From Dehalococcoidia bacterium (GTDB lineage: Bacteria > Chloroflexota > Dehalococcoidia > Lucifugimonadales > UBA3495), in the NCBI GenBank assembly GCA_030740155.1, contig JASLXV010000020.1, forward strand, positions 1-64,000: a stretch of 64,000 bases of DNA, read 5' to 3'. Under the pieces are notes generated by a model. The model worked only from the letters and a program-made list of their open reading frames with translations. It was not told the DNA's origin and searched no databases. The position numbers and the translations under genes were made by a program. Below are positions 21,301 through 31,275 of this stretch, piece by piece (the stretch's first letter is position 1; every line of letters begins with the position of its first letter).

Positions 21301-21722
21301 TTGGCCGGACCGGGTTGGAGACGCCGCTAGTGAAGCGGGCGGTGGCCACCGGCCGGTACCACCGGGAGGTGTTCGTCAGTACCCCCCTAGAGGGCACCCT
21401 GTTCGAAGGCTTCATCGACCTGCTGTTCGAGGACGCCGACGGTCTGACCGTGGTGGACTACAAGACCGATGCGCTGGAGGCCGGAAAAGAGCTGGCCCAG
21501 GGCAGTGAACGGTACGCTATGCAAGTTGGGGCCTACGCGATGGCGGTGCAACGGGCCACGGGTAAACCGGTGCGACGAGTGGTGCTGCTCTTTCTACACG
21601 CCGGCGTGGAGGTACCCTTTGACGACGTTGAAGAGATGATGGACGCAGCCGAAAAGAAAGCCAGAGAATCGCTCGTTGCCATTGGCCAACCGATGCCCGG
21701 AACGCAAAATCCAACAGGTTGA
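18375..21722 (+). CDS. addA: AddA-like UvrD/SF1 helicase with C-terminal RecB-type nuclease
   Basis: EAGAGTGKT, LIDEFQD, VGDTKQSIYRFR, MTIHSSKGLEF, YVAATRARD, GFIDLL..VVDYKTD. ATGA overlap with the upstream gene. Confidence 0.88.
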   Translation: MTGGVMPIDQAQRDRIARSLDETLFVEAGAGTGKTTALVTRIAELLASGRADIDSIAAITFTEAAASELGEKVRLALETLARDPDRGEAERERCLKATRGMERASIQTLHGFAGSLLRQRPLEAGLPPGFETVEEIGAGLDFERRWQEWLDQALEAAEIGPLILKALSLGLRLDDLSTIARDFHRSYDLLDNPFPAAAEPAGRAVQALVEAAGEIKRLLPLARFGPDDPLASHAGRVAALADRLGAAEGWRDSAFGVLVRWGKLSFSRGRKPDWGDDPATANNGCTAMKDLLRELEEVKAQELEGLRRAALLPLLESLRTFVLGYAGERRGLGKAEFHDLLVWARDLLRDNREVRSHFRRRYSHILIDEFQDIDPIQAEIAFFLSGHPAAEDAEDAGPADWTRTRIVPGKLFLVGDTKQSIYRFRRADIASLGRIRALLGKESTPLVQNFRSQGPVISWVNALFEKWMTDDAATGLQAPYISLSASWQPPGATPPLGVHWAGGVRKAPAPEVRREESETIAVLVHDIRSAPWSVREAGSPALRAARYQDICILLPTRTGLPSLEQALDDAAIPYRVEGPSLVLGTQDVRDLLGCLRAIDAPADQVALVAALRSSAFACSDVELLEFVENGGKLDYLEPGLAGGPVGEALEVLCRYHRDRVWEPPDRLIERFVRERRMVEACFGKARPRERWRRIRFVVERSRVFAEVEGGSLRAFLDWIEGQAREGARMVEAPVLETDEDAVRIMTIHSSKGLEFPIVVLAGLGVGRGHRTGPVIFDRTTGSVEVRAGAFATAGYEDAQIQERAADRAEGVRLMYVAATRARDHLIVSLFHPAQAKGSPAAIISGLGSESDGLWNEVSIPDNPATGEPFRPNGTGDGSADTDADRTVWAQRREAVIRRASRPASLAVTALARIDKEEAERGEVHYRRGRGGSTLGRAVHSVLQIVDLATGMNLEDISRAQAAAEGIADRWQEVASLGRTGLETPLVKRAVATGRYHREVFVSTPLEGTLFEGFIDLLFEDADGLTVVDYKTDALEAGKELAQGSERYAMQVGAYAMAVQRATGKPVRRVVLLFLHAGVEVPFDDVEEMMDAAEKKARESLVAIGQPMPGTQNPTG

Positions 21723-22127
21723 TAAAGACAATCTTTTTGCCCTCGTCCTGACCTTCTCCCTCAGGGAGAAGGGATTTGGCCTCTCCACGTTACAAAGGGG
21801 GAGATCAGAAAGAAGGTAGCGACTGTCTAGCTGCCACCGCAAGCCCCGTGGTAGGCCCCGGTGGTGAGGTGGTCCCCTTCAGCTTCTGACGAGCCCGAGA
21901 GCGATTCTAGGAACTGCCCTGGCGCATCCCGAAGCGGGGAAAAGCAGGCAAGTAAGGGCGCACTTCCGCAGCCCTCGAATTCCCCTCGGTGCTATACTCA
22001 ACTCCGGCGCTTCCGACGCCTCTTCCCTGGATACGCGATTCAAGGCGGGTGAGGGCTTCGCTGCGCCGGGTGGTGGCCGGTACGGCCACCCTGTTGATGG
22101 ACGACGCAAAACTCGCCCCACGGCTGA

Positions 22128-23381
22128 TTGCAGCCGGGGGCGAAGAAGGGACAGCCGTTGCTAAGGCTGCTGGTTACCGCCGGACTCCTGCGGTCCTTTC
22201 AGGTGCGGAACTACCGCTTCTTGTGGGCCTCAAGCACCTCTGTAAGGTTCGCCGAGCAGATGCAGCTATTGGTCCTCTCCTGGTTTGTCGTCACCGGGAC
22301 CGAATCCTTGTTGCTGCTTGGCCTGTTCGGCGCGCTGCGATTCAGCGGCACCCTATTTGGCGCCGCCTACGGCGTGGTGGTGGACCGTTCCAACCGGCGG
22401 CGGCTTCTGATCGGCGTGCGGCTGACCGTTTGCGTCCTGTCTACGGTGATATTGTTGCTCGTTGTCACGGACCGTCTGGAACTCTGGCACGTCTTCGTGC
22501 TCACGGGCGTGGGCGGTCTGGCCCGGGCCTTCGACAATATCACCCGGCAGACGTTGATGGGTGACGTAATGAGAAAAGAGGAACTGATCAACGCCATGGC
22601 CCTGGACCGCACCGGCTCGGACGCGAGCCAGATAGTGGGCCCCCTGCTCGGTGGCGTAATGCTGAGCCGTTTCGACATGGGCCCGGTCTTCATGGCCATC
22701 GTCGCGGTGAATCTGCTGGGGCTCACATGCGCCCTGTTGGTTCGCCTGGCGAACCCGGCGGAGGTCAAAACGTCGCCTTCGGTGTGGCGCAGCCTGGTGG
22801 AGGGGGGCGGATACATCCGCGGGCACGATGCGGTCCTGGCACTGCTGCTGTTCGCCTTCTTGATCAACCTGGCTGCTTTCCCCTTAACCCACGGCATGAT
22901 GCCCGTCTTCGCCAGGGACGTCCTGCATACGGGCCCGGTAGGACTCGCGGCGCTGACCTCGGCCGTCGCCACGGGCGCTTTCATCGGCTCCTTCGGCCTT
23001 GCCGCGAAAGGAGGGTTCGCCAAGCCCGGTGTCGTGGCGGTTCTGGCGGTGGTGGCTTGGTGCACGACCATCCTGGTTTTCACCCAATCTTCCTGGATGG
23101 TCGTTTCTCTGGCCATTCTGCTGGCGTCTGGTGTCAGCCAATCGTTCAGCCTTGTGAGCGTCGATTCGCTGCTCTTGAGGCTGGTACCGGCCGAGCTTCG
23201 GGGCAGAATAATGGGAGTTCGCTCGATGGCCGTCTACGGGCTGCCCATGGGCCTCCTGGCGATCGGCGCTATGGCCGACCTCATGGGTGCGCCGCGTGCG
23301 ATTGCCATCATGGCGGCTGGGGGAGCGGTATTGACCTTGGTGATCGCGGCTTGGCTTCGGGAGCTGTGGTCTGCGTCCTGA
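22128..23381 (+). CDS. MFS transporter (DHA3/MFS_3-like)
   Basis: RNYRFLW, GVVVDRSNRRR, LRGRIMG; about 12 TM segments. Confidence 0.88.
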   Translation: MQPGAKKGQPLLRLLVTAGLLRSFQVRNYRFLWASSTSVRFAEQMQLLVLSWFVVTGTESLLLLGLFGALRFSGTLFGAAYGVVVDRSNRRRLLIGVRLTVCVLSTVILLLVVTDRLELWHVFVLTGVGGLARAFDNITRQTLMGDVMRKEELINAMALDRTGSDASQIVGPLLGGVMLSRFDMGPVFMAIVAVNLLGLTCALLVRLANPAEVKTSPSVWRSLVEGGGYIRGHDAVLALLLFAFLINLAAFPLTHGMMPVFARDVLHTGPVGLAALTSAVATGAFIGSFGLAAKGGFAKPGVVAVLAVVAWCTTILVFTQSSWMVVSLAILLASGVSQSFSLVSVDSLLLRLVPAELRGRIMGVRSMAVYGLPMGLLAIGAMADLMGAPRAIAIMAAGGAVLTLVIAAWLRELWSAS

Positions 23382-23466
23382 CGGCAGGTTAGCCGTCCGG
23401 AAAGGGACCCCGGCCAGGCTGGCTACCAACCCTGGCTGCTTGCCATATTATGTGAAGGACGTGGCG

Positions 23467-24297
23467 TCACAACCCGTGGCTGGAAAGGAACTCTCGCACC
23501 GTGCTCTCGAACTCATCGAGCTTGTCGTGAACGATGTAGTGCCCCGCGCCCTGGAAGGTTACCGCCCGGCTGCCCGGTATCGTCCGCACCATGCGGTCCC
23601 GGTGCTCCGCGGAGACGATGGCGCTCTCGGCTCCGATCAGGAGCAGGAACGGACCCGGTACGCGCTCGACGTACTGCCATAGCTCCAGCGGCACGAAGTC
23701 TCGCTGGATCATCGGGTCGCGCTTCAGTCCCAACTTTCCCCCGGAAAGCTGCCTGGTGCCCTGGCGGGCGAGGTTGAGGAAGGCCTCCGGCGGGGTGCGC
23801 CGGTTGTCGCCCCGCAGGTGCTCGGCCCACTGCTCGACCGTGTCGAACTCCGGGTCTCCTCCGGCGACACGGTCGGCGAACCTCTGGGATATCTCAGCGG
23901 GGCGGACGGGGCCGACATCCTCCATGATGAGGGCTGCGACCTGCTCCGGATGCTGGCCCGCGTAGACCAGGGCCACGCGGCCGCCCAGGGAGCCTCCCAG
24001 GACGATGACCTCTCGCAGGCCAAGGTGCTCCACCAGCGCGGCAACGTCGGAGGCGTAGTGCTCGGTGGTGTAGTTGCCTTCGCCGGCCCACTCGCTTTCA
24101 CCGTGGCCCCGCAGGTCCAGGGCCAGGACCCGGTAGTCCCCGCTCATGCGTTTCGCGAAGTCATCCCAGGTGTGGGCCTGGCTGCTCACGTGATGCAGCA
24201 AGACCAGAGGCCTCGCCTCCTCGTTGCCCCATCGCAGGTAGTGGAGCCGCAGCGGCCCCGACTGGAAGTAATGGTCCCCCGCTGATCCTGTGCTCAT
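23467..24297 (-). CDS. Alpha/beta hydrolase
   Basis: DLRGHGES, GGSLGG nucleophile elbow, GAGHYIVHD. Confidence 0.9.
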   Translation of the reverse strand: MSTGSAGDHYFQSGPLRLHYLRWGNEEARPLVLLHHVSSQAHTWDDFAKRMSGDYRVLALDLRGHGESEWAGEGNYTTEHYASDVAALVEHLGLREVIVLGGSLGGRVALVYAGQHPEQVAALIMEDVGPVRPAEISQRFADRVAGGDPEFDTVEQWAEHLRGDNRRTPPEAFLNLARQGTRQLSGGKLGLKRDPMIQRDFVPLELWQYVERVPGPFLLLIGAESAIVSAEHRDRMVRTIPGSRAVTFQGAGHYIVHDKLDEFESTVREFLSSHGL

Positions 24298-24373
24298 CGC
24301 ATGGTACCTCGAACAATACTGGCCGGGTAACCCGGCCGTGGCGCTTCAAAGTTTGAGAGCTTGGTTTGCGACG

Positions 24374-24504
24374 AAATCCCCCTAAATCCCCCTTTACCAA
24401 AGGGGGACTTGTGGACCTTCCCGTCGCAAATCTTGCCAACCCGAGGCCCCTGAAGCCGTGGCCATCCTGCCTCCCCCTTTGTAAAGGGGGATCGAGGGGG
24501 ATTT
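24374..24504. repeat. Two inverted copies of REP-like family A
   Basis: AAATCCCCCTAAATCCCCCTTTACCAAAGGGGGACT and CTCCCCCTTTGTAAAGGGGGATCGAGGGGGATTT. Confidence 0.8.
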
Positions 24505-24576
24505 CCCCGCGGCCGAGCCGCCGTCAAGGCGACCGCTCCGGGTTTGAATCTCCCCAATCCATCTAGCGGACGTTGG

Positions 24577-25680
24577 TTATGTAAACCTGGCGCTGCCGGG
24601 TATCTCCAGCACCGCCTCCAGCTTACCGTCGCGGATCGAATAGTAGTGCGAGTGAATGTTGACCGGGGTGCCGCCGTGTGAGGGGATGAGCCAGACCTTG
24701 TCCCCCAGGGCCAGCTGCCGGGCGTCGCCCTCCAGCGCCAGGCTGCCGTGCTCCGCTGAGAGCTTCTCGACTGTGGCGCCCTTGGGCCAGGCCGCCTCGG
24801 GCAGGCCAAGTGTCACGCCGATGGCCTTGTGGCCGCAGTCGACGATGGCCCGCTCTTTGGACGGCCGGCTGATGACCGTGGCCAGTACCATCAGCGAAAC
24901 GTCGAAGTCCGGCACGTACCGGTAGTGGGCGTCCATGAAGGGGTAGGCCCCCGCCTGTACCTCGGTGACCCCGTCGATCTCGCTGGTGATGTTCCAGGTG
25001 CCGGTGCCGCCGGCGCTGACCACCTCGACGGGCAGCCCGGCCCTCTCGACCAGTTCCCGTGAGTCCACGAGCTTCCGGACGCGGGCTTTGGTTTCGATCG
25101 AGCGTTCCTCGAAGTCCTCTATCCACATCCCCCCCTCGTATCCCATGAGCCCGGCGAAGTGAAGGCCCGGAGCATTCGCCACCACCTTGGCCAGGTCCAC
25201 CACGCCAGGGCCGGGCTCGACTCCGCACCGGTCGAGACCGACGTTCACGTCCACCACCGCCCGCAGGATGACGCCGTGGGCTTGGGCGGCCTGGGACAGC
25301 TCCTCGACGTTCTGGGGATCGTCCACGGCCACCATCATGTTGGCATCGCGGGCCAGGCTCATCAGCCGGGCAACTTTGGGGCGGGTGACTATCTCGTTGG
25401 CGATGAAAACGTCCTTGATGCCGCCGTGGACCATCACCTCCGCTTCGCCCACCTTGGCGCAGCAGACTCCTCCCGCGGTTGCGCCGGCAGCGAGCTGCCG
25501 GTGGGCCAGGATTGGGCTCTTATGGGCCTTGACGTGAGGTCTCACCTTGGACGTCTGCGTAGCGAAGTAGCCATGGAGCGTTTTCAGGTTGCGTTCCATT
25601 ACCGGGAGGTCGATTAGAAGGGCGGGAGTGTCCAACTCCTCCACGGGGGTTCCGGGCAGGGGCAAGAAGTCCAAAGGCAT
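24577..25680 (-). CDS. DSD1 / D-threonine aldolase family PLP-dependent enzyme
   Basis: LDTPALLIDL, RPHVKAHK (PLP Lys), SAGGTGT, LSAEHG. Confidence 0.9.
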   Translation of the reverse strand: MPLDFLPLPGTPVEELDTPALLIDLPVMERNLKTLHGYFATQTSKVRPHVKAHKSPILAHRQLAAGATAGGVCCAKVGEAEVMVHGGIKDVFIANEIVTRPKVARLMSLARDANMMVAVDDPQNVEELSQAAQAHGVILRAVVDVNVGLDRCGVEPGPGVVDLAKVVANAPGLHFAGLMGYEGGMWIEDFEERSIETKARVRKLVDSRELVERAGLPVEVVSAGGTGTWNITSEIDGVTEVQAGAYPFMDAHYRYVPDFDVSLMVLATVISRPSKERAIVDCGHKAIGVTLGLPEAAWPKGATVEKLSAEHGSLALEGDARQLALGDKVWLIPSHGGTPVNIHSHYYSIRDGKLEAVLEIPGSARFT

Positions 25681-25819
25681 CGGGGGTCCTCCTTTCCGCC
25701 GCGCCTGGGCCTATCGCGGAGCCGTCGGCGCTATTGAAGTCTGGCAGCGGCCTGGTTCAGAGATGCCGTTTCATTCAGGCCCATCTTTGACCGAGTCTTG
25801 CCGAGCCAGGGATGACGGG

Positions 25820-26302
25820 CTATCGCTCTTTGAAGAAAGGATAAGGTACAGGCCGGCCGCCCCGGAGCGGCAACACAACGGTGGCCGTGCCGAAGGAAAG
25901 AACGCTGGTGTCCTCTTTGCTGAGGACAATATCCAGGTCCAGGTAGCCCAGGCCATCTTCGACGCGCTTGGCGGAGACTTTGCCGCTGAAGGTGAAGGTG
26001 TGATGGGGAAGCAGATTGCCCCTCAGCTGATGGTAGACTTTCCACACCCAGCCGCCATCACCCACCCAGTGATACAGGAGTTTGTAGAAACATGCCTGAG
26101 TCCAGTAACCTGAGCCGACCACGTTTTCCAGGCCGAGTTCGTTGACCGCGAACTCGTAATCGTAGTGGTCCCGGCGCCAGGTCTCGACCGCGGCACACCA
26201 GCGCACCATGACCGGTACCGAGTAGTCCAGGGACCAGGAAGGGATATCGGCGCCCACCGGCACATCTTCGTAGGCCAGGTCCCGATTCTTTGTTTGAGCC
26301 AT
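25820..26302 (-). CDS. MaoC-like (hotdog) dehydratase subunit
   Basis: YEDVPVG, HYDYEFA, GTATVVLP. Confidence 0.75.
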   Translation of the reverse strand: MAQTKNRDLAYEDVPVGADIPSWSLDYSVPVMVRWCAAVETWRRDHYDYEFAVNELGLENVVGSGYWTQACFYKLLYHWVGDGGWVWKVYHQLRGNLLPHHTFTFSGKVSAKRVEDGLGYLDLDIVLSKEDTSVLSFGTATVVLPLRGGRPVPYPFFKER

Positions 26303-26315
26303 GGTTCTCGCTCCT

Positions 26316-26855
26316 TTAATTCTCTACGCCCACGTCGACGTAGCGCTCGGTGCAGAGGACGTCGCCGTTCTGGTTGACGAAGGTGTTTTCCGTGACGATG
26401 AACAGGAGCCGGCCGCTGCGTCCCGTCTTCTCGTAGGCGTCAGCCAGGCGGCGGTGTTGGGTGATCCGGTCGCCGACCCTGGCTAGCTGATGTATCTCCA
26501 GGTCGCTGTAGGCATGGAAGACCAGAAGGTGGGGAGGCCACGGAATCCCTTTCGTCGTCTCGACCGATTCCTCGGCGCGGGAGTCGGTCGACACCGACTT
26601 CAGGGGGTCAGGCGTTCCGGACGCCCGCCGGCGCGCACCGGTTATTGGGTAGGAGCCGGGCGCCACCACGCCGCCGTACTTGAGGTTTCGGGCGTGGTCC
26701 TCATCGTAGTAGATTGGGCTGTCGTCCACCGTCGCCTGAGCGAAGCGGCGCACCTCGCTGGTGGACAGCTTATCGCAACTGGTGACCGCGGGGAATTCCC
26801 GGCCGAGAGCCGCCCGGAGTTCGTCGGTTATCAGGCTCTCCGTCTCGTTGGCCAT
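26316..26855 (-). CDS. MaoC N-terminal (FAS1-like) hotdog subunit
   Basis: VRRFAQA..D.SPIYYD..A...YGGVVAP, EKTGRSGRLLF, NQNGD. GGAGG precedes the ATG at 26855. Confidence 0.8.
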   Translation of the reverse strand: MANETESLITDELRAALGREFPAVTSCDKLSTSEVRRFAQATVDDSPIYYDEDHARNLKYGGVVAPGSYPITGARRRASGTPDPLKSVSTDSRAEESVETTKGIPWPPHLLVFHAYSDLEIHQLARVGDRITQHRRLADAYEKTGRSGRLLFIVTENTFVNQNGDVLCTERYVDVGVEN

Positions 26856-26954
26856 GCCTACCTCCACCTGCCAGGGCTGACGCGACGTCCTGTAGTCGCC
26901 GCCGCTTGCTTGAGTTTCCCGGGGACATATTACTATACGGCCCAGGGAAGACGC

Positions 26955-27151
26955 TATCCCGGGGCGCCCTCACCCTCGGTCCCTCTCCCAGAAGGAGAGG
27001 GATGCCCTGGCGCAGCCTCGGCAGGGCGAGGGCGTCCTGGTAGGCTGAGCAAACAAGTTATTTTTCCAGGTGATACCGGGATAACTCGCCCCATCTCGTC
27101 CCCTCGCCCTCTAGGAGAGGGACGCCCTGGCGCAGCCTGGGCAGGGTGAGG
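26955..27151. repeat. REP-like family E (CCCTCACCC...CTCTCCC..GGAGAGGG), inverted pair
   Basis: CCCTCACCCTCGGTCCCTCTCCCAGAAGGAGAGGG and GGAGAGGGACGCCCTGGCGCAGCCTGGGCAGGGTGAGGG, with an internal GCCCTGGCGCAGCCT duplication. Related copy at about 21739-21773. Confidence 0.7.
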
Positions 27152-27260
27152 GCCGTTGACGCGGGCTGGAGCCCCGGTTACAGTTGGAGGCGCTTTCGAG
27201 GGACCAAATGCGAGCGGTCCTCGGCGGAAATAGTTACGCCTGCGGATCCGTTCCCACCTG

Positions 27261-29051
27261 TTGAGAGGGGAGTTTGTGGTTAGAGAATTTCGTGGCCAGA
27301 TAGACCCCATTACCCTGGAGGTAGTGGGCAACGCTTTCATTTCCATCGCCGACGAGATGTGGGCCGCCCTAGTGCGGGCGGCTTACTCCAACAACATCAA
27401 GGAGCGGGAGGACTGCTCGTCGACGATCCAAGACCCCGGCGGCCGGGTGGTGACCCAGGGGAAGAACAGCATTGCCGTGCACCTGTCATCCTTCCTGAGC
27501 ACCGTTAATGCCATCAAACGTTTCCACCCGGTGGAGAGCATGTCGGAAGGCGACCTGTTTATCATCAACGACCCCTACGGTGGGGGGCCATCCCATTTGA
27601 TCGATGTCACCTTCATGATGCCGGTGTTCCACGAGGGGCAGCTGGTGGCTTTCGTGGGCAACACCGGACACTGGCCGGACATCGGAGGGAAGGCACCCGG
27701 CCAGGGCGCGGTGGGGGATGCCCGGGAGATCTACCAGGAGGGCCTGAGGATGCCGGCCCTGAGGCTGTACCGGGCCGGCGAACTCCAGCGCGATATTCAT
27801 GAGCTTATTCTGCTCAACGTGCGCGGCCCCAGTGAGCGGGAAGGGGACATGCGGGCCCACATCGCATCGTTGAAGCTGGGAGAGCGCCGGATCAAAGAGA
27901 TGTGCGTGCGGTACGGCGCCGGATTCCTCTTGAACTGCATGAGCGAGCTGATGGACTATTCGGAGAGACGAACCCGCCAGGCCATCGCGGAACTCCCCGA
28001 GGGCAGCTATACCCACCAGGACTTCATGGACGATGATCACTTCTCCGACGAGCCGATTCCCATTGTAGCCACTCTCACGGTATCCCACACGCCGGAGCCG
28101 AACTTCCTGGTCGACTTCGCCGGAACGGGCGGCCCGGCCCAATGCGGCATCAACCTCACTCGGGAAGGCACCCTGGCGGCGGTTTACTGGGTCCTCAAGG
28201 GGATTATTGCCCTCGACATCCCGGTCAACGATGGCTTCAACCGCGCCATCAAAGTGGTGGCCCCGGACAACTGCATCGTCAATCCGCGGCCGCCCTCCCC
28301 CGTGGGCGCCCGGTACGAAACTGTGACCCTGGTCGTCGACGTGCTGCTTGGGGCGCTGGGACAGGCGCTGCCCCACAAAGCCATCGCTGCATCTCATGGC
28401 TCCCATGGGATCGGTTTCGCCGGACGGGGGTCACGGTACTTCATTTACTACGAAACCGTCGGCGGCGGCACCGGGGGTACTGCCTTCAAAGACGGGGTCG
28501 ACTGCTGCCACAACACGTCGAACCTTCCCATCGAGGCCGCCGAGTTGGAGTTTCCGCTGCACGTGGAGTGCCTCGAGTTCGTCCCCGACTCAGAGGGCCC
28601 CGGGCAATTCCGTGGCGGTTTGGGCGTGCGGAAGGCCTGGAAGATCCTCGACGACTCCTTCATCAACACCCACTCGCTGCGGCATACGATTCACCCCCAG
28701 GGCCTCTTCGGGGGGTACGAAGCGCCGGGCTGCCGTATTGTGCTCAACGCCGGCGAACCCGATGAGACCCTGCTGTCCCGGCTGAGCACCCTGGTGGAGG
28801 TCAGCCCCGGCGACGTGTTGTCCGTGGTCACTCCCGGCGGAGGTGGGCTTGGGCCGCCCGAGGAGCGAGCCTCCGAGCGGGTGCTTCGAGACTATCTCAA
28901 CGACAAGATCTCCCTGGCGAGGGCCCGGAGCGTCTACCGCGTGGCCATCGACGCCGAAACCGGGCAGGTGGACCAGGAAGCAACCCGGCGCTTGAGACAG
29001 CCGGTGCCGGACGGGAACTCGCGGCCCGCGCCGGGCGCCGGGAGGTCTTAA
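27261..29051 (+). CDS. Hydantoinase B / 5-oxoprolinase family protein
   Basis: AYSNNIKEREDCS, NDPYGGGPSHLID, GHWPDIGG, YQEGL, GPGQFRGG, TPGGGG. Confidence 0.92.
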   Translation: MRGEFVVREFRGQIDPITLEVVGNAFISIADEMWAALVRAAYSNNIKEREDCSSTIQDPGGRVVTQGKNSIAVHLSSFLSTVNAIKRFHPVESMSEGDLFIINDPYGGGPSHLIDVTFMMPVFHEGQLVAFVGNTGHWPDIGGKAPGQGAVGDAREIYQEGLRMPALRLYRAGELQRDIHELILLNVRGPSEREGDMRAHIASLKLGERRIKEMCVRYGAGFLLNCMSELMDYSERRTRQAIAELPEGSYTHQDFMDDDHFSDEPIPIVATLTVSHTPEPNFLVDFAGTGGPAQCGINLTREGTLAAVYWVLKGIIALDIPVNDGFNRAIKVVAPDNCIVNPRPPSPVGARYETVTLVVDVLLGALGQALPHKAIAASHGSHGIGFAGRGSRYFIYYETVGGGTGGTAFKDGVDCCHNTSNLPIEAAELEFPLHVECLEFVPDSEGPGQFRGGLGVRKAWKILDDSFINTHSLRHTIHPQGLFGGYEAPGCRIVLNAGEPDETLLSRLSTLVEVSPGDVLSVVTPGGGGLGPPEERASERVLRDYLNDKISLARARSVYRVAIDAETGQVDQEATRRLRQPVPDGNSRPAPGAGRS

Positions 29052-29053
29052 AT

Positions 29054-31153
29054 ATGGCACGGTACCGCATTGGGATCGACATTGGGGGCACGTTCACCGA
29101 CCACGTCCTCCACGACGAAGACACCGGGCAGACCCTCAACATCAAGGTCCCCACTACCCCGTCAGACCTATCGCGCTGCTTCCTGGAGGGGCTCCGGGCA
29201 CTGGAAGATAAGGTGGAGCGAGGGCTTCCGGGCCTGGAATTCATCGCCCACGGGACGACCGTGAACACCAACGCCATCATCCAGAGGCAAGGCGCCAAGG
29301 CCGCGCTCCTTACCACCAAGGGATTCCGGGATGTTCTGGAAATCGGGCGGCAGATCAGGCCGGGCGCTTACGACTTCTTCTCGGAACGGCCGGCTCCCCT
29401 CGCGCCCCGGTCACTGCGGCTCGAAGTAGCGGAGCGCATCGCCAGCGACGGCTCTGTCATCGCGCCCCTCAGTGAGCCGGACCTCATGGAAGCGGTGAAA
29501 TTCTTTCTGCAGCACCGGGTGGACGCGGTTGCCGTTTGCTTTCTCAATTCGTACGCCAATCCGGCCCACGAGCTGGAGGCCCAGAGGATACTGAAGCGGG
29601 AACTTCCCGGCGTGTACATCGCCATCTCCGCCGAGGTGTCCCGTGAGTTCCGCGAGTTCGAGCGCACCAGCACCGTTGTCGCGGACGCCTACGTCGGGCC
29701 GCTGTTCATCAGCTACCTGGATAAGCTGGAGTCGGAGTTGGAGACGCTTCTCGGTGAATCCGGCCGCCTGGTCATTATGCACTCTGGCGGTGGCCTGATG
29801 TCCGTGGAACGCGCCCGCCATCGCCCCCACACCACCATCGAGTCAGGCCCGGCGGCCGGGGTGATCGCGGCGGCCGAGCTTGGCGTCCAGGTTGGAATTC
29901 CGAGCGTTATTTCCTTCGATATGGGCGGCACCACCGCCAAGGCCAGCCTGGTGGAGAAGGGCCAGCCCCGGACCCTCAGCATGTTTGGGATTGGGGAGGG
30001 CCAGCACGGGGGTATCGGAGGGCGCATCACGGGTATCCCCATCAGGTCGCCCATCGTCGATGTGGTGGAATGCGGCACCGGCGGTGGCAGCGTCGCCTGG
30101 GTGGACAGCGGCGGCCTGCTCAAGGTCGGCCCCCAGAGCGCCGGAGCCGAGCCCGGACCGGCGTGCTACGACGCCGGAGGAACCGAGCCCACGGTGACTG
30201 ATGCCCACGTGGTCTTGGGCAGGCTGGACCCGGTCTTCTTCCTAGGCGGTCAGATGCGGCTGAAGAGCGAGTTGGCCCACCGTGCCGTTGAAGAAAAGGT
30301 AGCGGGCCCGCTGGGGATGTCGACGGTGGAGGCGGCTCAGGGAATAATCGACGTGGTCAACGCGAACATGGGGCGAATCCTCCGGGTGGTGTCGATCGCC
30401 CGGGGTTTCGATCCCCGGGATTTCGCCCTTGTCGCCTTCGGCGGGGCGGGACCGCTGCACGCGGCGGAGTTGGCGGCGGAGTTGGGGATCGGACGGGTCA
30501 TCGTGCCGCCACGGCCGGGCCTGTTCTCGGCCCAGGGCATGCTCATGGCCGACCTTCAGGCAAGTCTACGCCTGACCCGGCTCGTAAGGGTAATCCCCGA
30601 GAACCTGGAAACGATACGCGGAACCCTGGCCGAGCTGGAAGCCGAGGGTGAGGCCGCACTGAACCTGGAGAAAGTCCCCGAGGAACGGCGCGAGATTTCG
30701 ACGACGATCGAGATGCGCTACGTAGGGCAAAATTTCGAGCTGGATGTGCCCGTTCCGAAGGCTCCTGAGACGGCAGCCGACCTGGAATCGCTCCTGGCCC
30801 AGTTCCACGCAATCCACGAGCGGACCTACGGCCATTGCGAGCCGCGGGAACCGGTGGTCGCGGTGACCTTCAAAGTCCTTGCCGTGGGTAGAATGCCGAG
30901 GCCGGTTCCGAAGAAGCAGGCCGACGGCGGACCTGACGCCGGCGGAGCATTTCTGGGCGCTCGCAAGGTGTTTCTCAAGCAGGCCGGCGGGCTTATCGAG
31001 TGCCAGGCGTTTGACCGGGATCGTCTGACGGCAGGAAATACCCTGGACGGGCCAGCCATCATCTATCAGAGCGACACCACCACCCTGGTGATGACCGGGC
31101 AACGGGCCGAGGTCGACCAGTACGGTAACCTTCACCTGGTGGGGAAGGGCTAG
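29054..31153 (+). CDS. Hydantoinase A / 5-oxoprolinase family protein (ATP-binding)
   Basis: GIDIGGTFTD, HGTTVNTNA, ESGPAAG, DMGGTT, FGGAGPLHA. Confidence 0.92.
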   Translation: MARYRIGIDIGGTFTDHVLHDEDTGQTLNIKVPTTPSDLSRCFLEGLRALEDKVERGLPGLEFIAHGTTVNTNAIIQRQGAKAALLTTKGFRDVLEIGRQIRPGAYDFFSERPAPLAPRSLRLEVAERIASDGSVIAPLSEPDLMEAVKFFLQHRVDAVAVCFLNSYANPAHELEAQRILKRELPGVYIAISAEVSREFREFERTSTVVADAYVGPLFISYLDKLESELETLLGESGRLVIMHSGGGLMSVERARHRPHTTIESGPAAGVIAAAELGVQVGIPSVISFDMGGTTAKASLVEKGQPRTLSMFGIGEGQHGGIGGRITGIPIRSPIVDVVECGTGGGSVAWVDSGGLLKVGPQSAGAEPGPACYDAGGTEPTVTDAHVVLGRLDPVFFLGGQMRLKSELAHRAVEEKVAGPLGMSTVEAAQGIIDVVNANMGRILRVVSIARGFDPRDFALVAFGGAGPLHAAELAAELGIGRVIVPPRPGLFSAQGMLMADLQASLRLTRLVRVIPENLETIRGTLAELEAEGEAALNLEKVPEERREISTTIEMRYVGQNFELDVPVPKAPETAADLESLLAQFHAIHERTYGHCEPREPVVAVTFKVLAVGRMPRPVPKKQADGGPDAGGAFLGARKVFLKQAGGLIECQAFDRDRLTAGNTLDGPAIIYQSDTTTLVMTGQRAEVDQYGNLHLVGKG

Positions 31154-31157
31154 TACT

Positions 31158-31275
31158 CAGTCAACCTATTGCTGATAGTTGTCATTCAGAGCGAAGCGAA
31201 GAATCTCGTTGTTACGCTGAGATTCTTCGTCGCTGCGCTCCTCAGAATGACATCCTGCCAAAACGAGGTTGACTG
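31158..31275. repeat. Palindromic repeat family B with outer inverted arms
   Basis: GTCATTCAGAGCGAAGCGAAGAATCTC...GAGATTCTTCG...CTCAGAATGAC, flanked by CAGTCAACCT / AGGTTGACTG. Confidence 0.8.
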
